From positions 1 to 64,000 of IMG/VR virus record IMGVR_UViG_3300011113_000257: a stretch of 64,000 nucleotides of DNA. One strand, given 5' to 3'. Position numbers and translations under genes: made by a program. Below the pieces are notes generated by a model. It did no database searches, was not told where the DNA came from, and worked only from the letters and a program-made list of their open reading frames with translations. This stretch comes from a virus. Of this stretch, positions 19,555-29,800 are shown piece by piece; within the stretch, counting starts at the first letter, position 1; each line of letters starts with the position of its first letter.

Positions 19555-20256
19555 CTACTTTTCTTCAGTTACTGGTCCACCAGCAACCCAAGCATCGCAT
19601 GTTCTACCAGCAGCGCATTTGAAGTCAAAAGCCTCGCAGTATCCAAGGTCTCCAGCGTCAATAGCGCCCCAAGCATCATTTCCTTGCTCGTTGCCTAAAC
19701 CAGACTCAATGCAATCAAGCATTCTAGGTGTCTTGATAAACACTGCGCAGTTTCCGCAACGTGAGGATTTTGCCTCTTCAATATCAGTAGACCAACGGTC
19801 AGCCTTTTTCTGCCAAAAATCTTTATTTGGACGAGCAGGATTTAGAGGACCGTATCCAGCAAATGTAATAGCGTGTTGGCGGTTCTCAAGATTGACCATT
19901 ATGTCTTGGGTGGCAGGAGGACAAACACCACTAGCAGCAGTTATTGATGCAGGAGTTTGAGGCTTAATATCAAACATAGGGTCAATTCCAAACTTGGAAT
20001 TAATTTCTTCGTAAGTAGGGTATTCGCGGTAAACCATATGAGCATCAAAGTCTGGGATAAACTCTGGTTTAACGAATGACAACATAGCGCCAGAACCAAC
20101 AGGATTTGTTTGGTCTGTTGTAGGAAGCCACTCTCCGTTTACGCGGGAAAAAGAGCCTTCTGAGGAGTTATAAATAAGACCTGTTAGTTTTCCTTCTAGA
20201 CCGAAGGTAGCCATCAAATCTGACGGTTTTTCAGGTGCTTCTGGGGTAAATGCCAT
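19555..20256 (-). CDS. Head-region protein with C-terminal Cys-rich (HiPIP-like) module
   Basis: CPPATQD...CGNCAVF...C...GYCEAFDFKCAAGRTCDAW, following an ITAAS motif. Confidence 0.6.
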   Translation of the reverse strand: MAFTPEAPEKPSDLMATFGLEGKLTGLIYNSSEGSFSRVNGEWLPTTDQTNPVGSGAMLSFVKPEFIPDFDAHMVYREYPTYEEINSKFGIDPMFDIKPQTPASITAASGVCPPATQDIMVNLENRQHAITFAGYGPLNPARPNKDFWQKKADRWSTDIEEAKSSRCGNCAVFIKTPRMLDCIESGLGNEQGNDAWGAIDAGDLGYCEAFDFKCAAGRTCDAWVAGGPVTEEK

Positions 20257-20870
20257 TAGTCTTCTTCCTCTGTCTCTGGTTCTTGGTATTTATACTTTAA
20301 ACTATGCCTATTAAGAACTAAACCTTTAGAGAAGTCTAGTCCTTCTGTCTGACCAGCAAGCCAAGGCTCTAGCCAAGGATTTAAGTCACGGGTCCCAGCA
20401 GCATCAATCATAGAAAGAATCCACGCTTTTTCTGCGTCTTCCGAGATAGAGTCGGTTTCTCCATAAGCAAATGCTTCGAATTCTGGGTCCTCAAGAAGTG
20501 TATCAGCAGCAATATTCATTTTTTGCTCTGAAGGCTTTAGACCACTCTGCTGAGAAAAATCGGTTTTTAGTTCTTTTAATTCTTGATTTATTGCTTCTTT
20601 TACTGATTTAAAAGGTTTTTCAGGAGTAAATTCTTTTGCTATATAAGAATTTAAGTTAAATAAAGCAATGTCCAACCAACCAACTACAGTTTTTGGCGTT
20701 ATACCACCTCGAACCTCAATAATTTTATTTGTTCGCTGGGTTCCATCAAAAGGTTCTCGACCTTCAGGAAAGACATACCGAACAGAAGAATCCGAAGCAA
20801 CAATAGAAAACTTATGACCGCCATTTCCATAAATGGAGTCGTAGAGCCTTACTACTTTAATTTCAGCCAT
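20256..20870 (-). CDS. Hypothetical protein (head module)
   Basis: 204-aa ORF, translationally coupled to the downstream gene. Confidence 0.6.
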   Translation of the reverse strand: MAEIKVVRLYDSIYGNGGHKFSIVASDSSVRYVFPEGREPFDGTQRTNKIIEVRGGITPKTVVGWLDIALFNLNSYIAKEFTPEKPFKSVKEAINQELKELKTDFSQQSGLKPSEQKMNIAADTLLEDPEFEAFAYGETDSISEDAEKAWILSMIDAAGTRDLNPWLEPWLAGQTEGLDFSKGLVLNRHSLKYKYQEPETEEED

Positions 20871-20884
20871 GCTTTACTCTAGTC

Positions 20885-23800
20885 CTATCCGTAAATTTCT
20901 GTCCAAGTGTCAGGACTATAATTTCTTATTTCGCCCATTCTGTCCACAAACATATTTAAAATTTCTTGCGGTATGTGAGGACCATATTCTGCTCTAAGCC
21001 TGTCAAAAGCATCATCTATAATCTTGTCGATTAACGCCTTTAGTGTTACAGGACCAAACCTATCATAAAATTGCTTACCAAGTTCATTGCTTTGGGCAAA
21101 ACTTCTTGATAAGTAATCGTATGGACTTTGATATCCTACGCTAGTCTGCTCTAGTGCTGTCTGAACTGCTACGGATGCAGCGTTATCAAACGGAATCGGA
21201 ATGTATGATTCAGATTCATTTTGATGAGATGAACTGTTAGGGACATCATTTCCTCTGACCATTATAACATTCTGAGGATTTCTGTCTTCGTTTTGAATTA
21301 CTGCATCAAGAATTAGCATTCCTAAAGAGTTATTCACGCTTACTCGGCTTGAGACATCAGTTTCATCGATATCAAACAACCTAGACTCACTCATTTTAAC
21401 TAAGTATGCGGTGTCTAGTTCAGGACTATCGTTTGGAGCAACAACAAGTTCCTGAGTTCTAAGTGCAGGGATGCTTAAGTTAGTTCCAAGTTCACTAGTG
21501 ATAATCAAATTTCTGTCATCACTGCTGTGCTTTTCTATAACTGGTAGACCTATAATTCCAAGAGCACGTCCAAGTGCATTAGATGATGTCTCAGCCAAGG
21601 CAGCAGTGTTAGTCGAGGCATCTTTAACATAAAATACTTCTCCAGTTATGTTACTTTCTACTTTCCAACTATTACTTGCTCCAGAGTAAGGACCAGATAT
21701 TGAAGGTCCTGTAGTAGGTGATACGGAAGACTGTCTAACAAGTTTTGTAATTGTTAGAGGAAGGATTTCTCCTGTGTCTGGATTCATAACTTCTTGAGCC
21801 ACGCCCTCAGGCATTAAAGGATTAAAAATGCTTGACGGCAAGGTCAACACGGACTCACCTTGGGAACTAAAACTTTCTCTGTTAGGTTCTAGGGCTAGTC
21901 TATCTTTTTGTAGTGCGCTTAAAATATTGACTAAATCAGAAATAATTCCAGCATCTACAGCCCTTCCAGAAGGCGTGTCTTCATTTGTTAGTGAAAGATT
22001 TTCTTGGTTTGCAAGAGTAGTAGCGATATATTTACCAAGAGCAGCCTTAGCAGGTGGAGATAGTAACGAAACAGAACGACTTCCGTCATAGCCTACAAGT
22101 AGCGTTAACTCGTCTGCATATGGTGCGATAATTTCTCCATCACCTTGATATGTTTCTCTATTAGTGAAGTGTCTTTTTATGTTTTCGTTATTCTCGAAGG
22201 AAGTTTCTCCTGTAGAAGACAAGACATCTACAGCATCTTTCATTGCATCGTAGGCGTGGTTTTGTTTTCTTTCAGTAGCGTTAGGGTCTAGAACTTTTTT
22301 GCCATTCCATTGATTAGCAATCATGTAAGACTTACCGAACCACTTAAGTTGAGTCTTTCTTGCGTTAGGGTCCCAGCCAACCATTGCTAATTCGCGAGGG
22401 GTAGGGAAAGACGGATGTACATCCATAACTGCTGCTTGACGTAGTTCTTCCCAAGAAGAAACGCCATAGGCATCGAAGGCTTGCTGAACGTAAGCCTCCA
22501 TGTCAGCACGAGACCTAGCCTTGTCAGCAGAACCAGAGACATAGCGACTGCCATCTCTTTGGATTTCATCATACATTTTTTTAAGTCTGTCATACCCAAC
22601 AGAAGCACTTGCCCAGTTGAAGCCAGTAATAGCCCAGACATAAGCACCTGTCGCATCGCCACCACCCGCAGCGGTAACTGTAATGAATTTTGCTCCGTTT
22701 GCTATGTAGTAATTTTCAGCAAATTGATTGAATAGAGAGGAGAAACCTGAAGGTGTTGCTCCTTCAATAAACATGCTTGCATTGTAGACATTATCAAGTT
22801 TTCCATCTACAAAGTTAAAAGTTCTACGAGCATTGTATGTTTTTCCTGTAGTAGTGTCTTTTATTGTTACAAAAGCATATATACTACTAGCACCTGTTTC
22901 TCTCACTCTTCCGTCAGCAGTCACTGACTGAACTTTTAGTGCTGGACCAAACATATTTCCAGCGCCTAGTATGAGTTTGAAGGCTTCGTTTAACTCTCTT
23001 TCAGTTCCTTCCCTACTAATTCTAGCAACCTCTGCTATTGAGGGACGAGATGTTCCAGCGCGAGCAATTTGAGCAGCCTTTTGCGCTTCCCAGCCTTTGT
23101 CTTGGAAGTATTGCTGGTCGACAAAATCTCCGTTAGGAGTCAATACTGGGTTGTCATCTATTCTGTCAAAATTAATATCTGACACGCCTTCCATAGAACC
23201 ATCAAACTCTAACTGCTGTACAGGAAGGATTTCTCCCATTAGACGGTTAAGGAATCTCCTAGCAAGAGGTACTCGGTTAGGTGTCAACTCAAGATTTTCA
23301 AAACTTTCTTGAATTTCTCCAGCCTTAGCCGTTGCTCGTGCCTGCTTTGCGGCAAGGGTCTCTTCATTATTCTGAGACACTAATTCGGAGACCTTATCTC
23401 TTATTGAGTCAACTAATTGGTCATAATTACTTGAAGGTGTTAATTCATAAACATCAGACTCGCCATTAGGTTTTACTACGGAAACACTTGCAGAACTTTC
23501 TCCATCAAGGCTTATAGATACGTCTACTTTGTACCCATTTACATAACCCTTTGGCTTGTGCTGGAAAGATGCCTCCCATGTATCGTTGGGACCCGCAGAG
23601 TCTTTTGTAAAACTTCTATATTCAGAAGAATTATAGTCTGGAAGACTTCTAATTAAATCTCCTAATTGTCTTCTAGAAGAACCAAATCTTGTAATTTGAT
23701 ATTGATTCACGCTATCGCTTGCTTTAGTTACAAGTTGGTCGATAGCATCATTAGTTTTAGGCTTTGATGCACCATTTATCAATCGACCATCGTCCGAAAC

Positions 23801-26800
23801 TCTATTTATGGTCCAACCACCTCTACCAAGGCTATGAGTCATAACTCCTTCGTAGCCAGTTAGAGGAATTTTTATAGAAATAGAATTGTTATCTTCTCTG
23901 ATAGACACTTCAAAAGGAGTAGCAGATATTAAATTACCTGCTCTAGTGGCAAACTCGGCTCTAATGTTTTCTAACTCTTCTGGAGTTATTTCTCGGTCTG
24001 CTCTTGGTTGTAGAGGATAAGGGTTTCTAGCAGTAGCCCTACGAACAGTTGGAGTGGTAGCAGTAGTTTGAGCAGGTTCGCTTGTTGTTTGTCTAAAAGG
24101 TCTAGCACCTTCAAGGCGAGATACTGCTTCTAGACCTGCTGCATCAAGGTCGGCAAAATACCCAACTTCATCAAGACCGCCTCTTGCAACAGAGTATCCC
24201 TGAGCATCCTCATCCCACTTAATTCTAACGGCAAGACTACCATTCCTGTCGTCAATAATAAGTAGAGTATCATTTCCTGCTAATCTACTTATTTCTGCCA
24301 TTTTTGCTCTTATGCCGTTTTCTGAATTTCCTGAAGTTAGGCTATTAAAGTTATCTACAAAGTCTGCTAACTCAGTGGCTCTTTCTTGCTCTGGGTTAGT
24401 AGGCGCAAGAGTTGGCGTAGGTTGCTCAGCGCTCTCTTCTTGAATCGGACCTGAAGTTGGTGGAGGAGGTGGAGGAATTGAACCAGCAGGAACTGCATCT
24501 ACACTACGAAGTGCATCTAAGAAATCCCGACCATGACGCGCTCTAGCGGTGTTACTAAACCAATCAACAGAACCATCAGGCTTAAATTCTCCAACATTAC
24601 GCTGTCCTACGGTATCAAAGATATAAACTAAATCTCCAACATCTGTTAAAGCAGTATTTCCTGCTCTTAGGTCTCTACCACCTTTGTCGTAGTAGCCCAT
24701 GAGGTTTTGATAAACCTCTGGAGATAACTGAGACTCGTTGTATAGCGCATCAGTAGGAGTAAGAGTTGATTCAGGTGTTGGAGTGCTAGGAGGTGTCACA
24801 GGCGGGGTTCCGCCACCGTCATTATTGTCTCCGCTAGGACCTGCTGGAGGTGTTGGAGGTGTAGGAGGTGTTCCACCCATCATACGAATCCAAGTACGAC
24901 CACGTCCATCTCGAGAATCTACATCAGGAATCACAAGAGGCAAATCGCTTTGTGCAAGTACAGGCAAACCATTTTGACGACGGTATTCGTTAATTTGGTC
25001 TAGAATTTCGCCCCACATGCGATACGCACGACGAGTTTCACCAACTTGAGCACCTTGACGCTTAGATATATACGGGTAAATCTTTACTTGGTATGTTCCG
25101 TCTTGATTTCGGTAACTTCTCTTGACGATGTATTTATTCGTCAGAGCATATTGCTCTCTACGCATAGGGTCAAGATTTGGACGTGTTTCAAGTTCCTTTG
25201 GTGGTTCGTAATCAGTACGGTTTTCCATACCTGCAGTACGACCATTTAGGAACAACATACGGGTAGCCCATAGAGCATAGGAGCCATCGCGGAACGCAAC
25301 AATTGCATAGCCTTCGCGTGGGATATCTCCATCATTTTCTACAACATGCCAGCCAACTACTGTTCCTTCGCCTCGGCTATTCCAGCCGTCATATGAATGA
25401 ACTACTCTATCGCCAACACGGGCTTGGTTTACTCCGTCAGCGTATATATTGTTTCTTGCTTGCCACTTACGGAAAATTTTGTTTCCAATGATTCTCCTGC
25501 GCATTGCAGGAGTTCCTGACATCATTGACTCATCTGTTGTGTAAGGGGATGAGTCTCCTGGAGTAACTGCACGGACATCAGTATTTGCGTCAAAGTTGTA
25601 GTCAGCCTGTATAGAGCCATCTGCAAGACCATTAATCATGTCCGCATGAAGAGCCTTTGCTTCTCCAAGTGTTGCAGCACTTGATGCCTTTGCTCGTCGG
25701 TTAGGGTTATTAGGGTCAACAGCAACCACTTCGTAGCGCTCTGGAGCGCCGTCAATACGAGGAAGTAGAATTGTTGCTACGTCATACTCTCTACCGTCTG
25801 GACCAACTACACGCTGAGGCGCAATAATAGTTCCACCTTCAAGAATGACGTTACCATCAACAGGAGTTCCCGGTTCGAACACAACTGGTTCTTCGGTACC
25901 TTCTTGGTCGTCATCATTAAGGTCGCTTAGGTCCTTGTTAAGAAGTTCTGTAGTTACATCTTCTGGACTTTCTACAACGCGCTCGCCTTGAGCACCAAAG
26001 ACGCGACCAATACTCAAATCTCCTGCTTGTTCAGGGTCACTCATATCTAGTGGAACAGTAGACTCGTCTGGATTTCTCCATACATAAGAACCTTCACCGT
26101 CTACGCTTTGGTAGATTAAGTAGGCACCGTTTTGAATTCGTGCACGCTTTGCTTCTAAGTTCTGTTGCTTTGAACGGGCTGGCTTCTTAGGAGTTTTTAC
26201 TGCTGGCTGTAGGAATTTGTTAATCTCTTCAGTAGCAGATTTTGCATCTTCTAAAGTTTCAAATCTTTGGAAGTTAGCAATGTTTACTCCCTCGCCAAGG
26301 AAGCGCTCCTGTGCTTCTTCCCAGTTGCTTAAGCCCTTGTCCTTAAAGACACCAACTTCATAACCGCCACCAAAACGCTTAGGCATTTGCATAACTGTAA
26401 TTTTGTAAGCAACGCCATCCTTGTCATAGACAATCGCTTCAGACCTCTGTGTTGGATAAGTAACATCTAGAATCTGTGAAGGCTTTTCTTCTTCAGTAGG
26501 CTTTGTGTCTTTCTCAGCGTTAAACATTTCTAGAGAAAGAGCAATAATGTCTTCATGCAATGCGCGTAGTACGCTATCTCCAATTGTCTGGGCTTCATCA
26601 ACAGAGTCAACAATGTTTTCTTGCTCGCCAACTAAGTCGCCGTTTTCATCAAATACCTTGGTAGTAGCAGTAAGTGTTCCATCTCCGTTATCTTCGACAG
26701 TTGTTTCAGCGTTAAAATCGTCGATATTGTCAGCAGTGTGCTCTAACCTTGGAGCAGGCTTCTCACTAGGTTCTACAACATCAGTTAATGTTGGGTCGCC

Positions 26801-29800
26801 CTCTTCGCCAGTGCTTAGAGAGTTGGCGCTGATTGGACGACGAACATTATCAAGACGTGTACCGCCCCAATAAGGACCACTAACAAATTCTTCGCCACTT
26901 TCAAGGTCAATACGATGGATGCTAAATCGGTTGTCTTCAACCTCTTCAACACCAACAACCTGAGACCAACGGTCACCCTTACGGGTACGCATAAAGTCTC
27001 CAACTTCAAGAGAGTTAGCGCGAACATCTTCACGGTCAATTGGGCGAGTGTTAGCGTCATTTAGTACCCACTCAGTTTTACCTAAGCGAGTTGGCTTTGA
27101 TGCTAAATCTTTAGATGCCTTTACACCAGCAACATCTTCAGCAGATTCTGGAGTGATATTTTCAGTAGTGTTTTTAGCATCACTAACTAACTGGTCAACA
27201 TCAACATCGTTACCAGCAAGAGCATTTGCTACAGCCTGAGACATATTCCATGCTTCAAGGTCGCGTAGGTAGTTAGGGTAAGTTACTGAGTCATAGAAGG
27301 CTGAATCTTCTGCGTGCTTAGCAGCGATTGCATCAACATCAAACTGACCATTAGCAAGGTTCTCTGCTTGAGCGCGGTCAAGAAGTTTTCCAAAGATTAA
27401 CGCTGCTGCTTCTGCATCAGCATCGGCACTATGCCAGTTCTCTAGTGATACTCCGTACTCTTCTGCAAGTTTACCTAAGGCAACTCCCTTGCGAGGGTTA
27501 CCAGCATCAGCATTAATTGCTCTAGCAAGAGACTGAGGGTCAATGTAGCCTGTAGGAGTGAAATCTACACCTGTGTTAGATAAAACATTTTCCAAGAATT
27601 TACGGTCAAACCTAGAGTTCTGAGCGCCAAGAATCGTATCGGCTCCGACCCAATCAGCAAATGCTTGATGAGCCTCTTCCATACTTGCTTGTTGTTGTAG
27701 GAACTCGTCGGACAGAGGATTTCCATCGCCGTCCTTTAGGTTGTCTTTTGACCAACCTTCAAGCGGTCTACCTGGATTCATGTACATATTGAATCGGTCT
27801 ACTACAACGCCATCTTTAATCTTTACAGCGCCAAGTTGAACAGGGTTTTCTGTATTAGGGTCAAGACCAGTTGTTTCGTAGTCAAAGAATGTGAAGGTCA
27901 TGCCCTTCATAGCCTCGCGAAGATTTTCCCAACTTCCAGCCTCGCGTAGCATTTCAGCAAATGCACCCTGTGCAAATGGGTCGCTTACCTCGAAAGGAGA
28001 GCGTGGCTCGCGTTCAGGAACTGGGCGAGGTGCTTCTCGGAGCGCAGGGTTGACTTCCTGAGGGTAGTCAACTTCTGGAGCATCGCTTGGGAAGTTATAA
28101 AGTGATGCAGCAGTAGCGAGGTTCTGATTGTATTGCTTAAGAAACTCTGGGTCAGTGTTGCGAACATAACGTCCGTCAATAACTTCACCTTGGTTGATTG
28201 CAGGCAATGGACCTGATTCAGGAAGTTCACTGTTACGAATAACTTCCATCTTGTATTCGCGACCGTTGCGACCTTCTTGACGAGGCTTCCACTGCTTTTC
28301 TTGGAGTTCGTGTCCTGGGTAGTAGCCCTTGACTATAAGAAGACCTTGATTGATTGCATCTGCATGGTCTGGATTGTCTGGGTTAGGGTCAGAAACGCTA
28401 ACAATAACAAAGTTACCTTTGGTCGCGTCAGCCATAACATCGCCTGGCTTAAGTTCGTTTGTGTGAACTTTTACGCGGTGGATGTCTGTGGTTGGATTAA
28501 ATTCGTAAGAGGCTACGTCGTAGCGATTAGTCCAACGCCCACGCGCTGCATTAATCATTCCGCGCCATTTAGCGTAAGCAAGTTTAAATTCTTGGCTATT
28601 GCTTCCGCCTTGGAAGTCTGCGTATCTAGGCTTATGAATTTCTGGAAGATTACCTGACATAGGCATATCTTCTGCTGGGATGCCTCTTACAAAGTTAATA
28701 GGAGTTGTGTTTTTCCATAACTTTTCTTGTACTGGGTGCCCTGGGAAGTAACCCTTAACAGAAATTTTACCGCGAGAATCTGGTTCGGTTCCAACTTCAG
28801 TAATAGTAAAGTTATCGCCAATTGTTACATCGCCAGGTTGCATATCAGTTACAGGAGCACTGAACTTTACAATGCTTGCCTTGCTAGGAAGATTGCTTTC
28901 TGTATTGAGACCCCAGATATCTTCAGGAGAGTCTGTAACTTTTGTTTCGGCATTAGGATTTTTGTATGAAGAAGGGTTAAAAGTCGTAAACTTTTGCGCA
29001 TCAGAACTTACATCTACAACTACTGTTCGGTCAATCTCGTTACCATAAGCATCAAAGCCAGTGATATATCCAGTGATAGATGAGGTGGTTACACCGTTTT
29101 CATCAGTATCCTCAATAATTTCCTCATCACGAGGAGTGAACCCCATATACCAAGAGTGAGAGCCATTAGGTACGTCTACATCAAATTGACTTGGGTCAAT
29201 GTAGTCGCCAAACTCAAGTTCGTTGAGTGGTAGATTTGATTGCTTTACTGATAGAGGAGTACCAGCAGGACTTACTGGTCCTGTTGCTTCTTCTTCAGCG
29301 CTTGTCCCAGACCCCTCGCGTATTCCCTCAGTTCCTCTTCCGTCATCTGGTTGAGTTTCTTCGGTGCCTTCACTAGGCTGACTTTCTGTGGCTTCTTCTC
29401 GGTCACCAGTTCCTCCTGTATTAACTACTTCGTTACTACCAATATCATAGATTGCTTGCTGATTTCTGTCAATTCCAGCCTGAATACCTGCTTCTCTGTC
29501 ACTGAAAACCTCAGAAACATCAAGCACCATCTCGTTATTTTCTTCATCGTGCCAGAAACCTAAGTACATATTGTCTTCAGAAAGTGCGTCCTTGTTTTCA
29601 GCAAGGTAGTCGTAAATGTACTTTTCTGGGTCAGACATAAACTCGTCGAAGTTAATTTCTTTATTGAATCCCTGACGGGCTACAACAAAGCCTTCTGTCG
29701 GCTCCGAGCCGTCAAGCGTGTCAATCGTTAGACCTCCGCCAGGCTGGATTCCACGAGCGCGTTCAGCAATAACTTCTGTAACGGAAGGCTCTTCTGCGAT

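Noticed and set aside
29400-29750. SAM-lyase assignment for the LGFW...LDVS...QQAIYD domain of the giant protein
   Set aside because: Only a vague resemblance; left as an unassigned domain.
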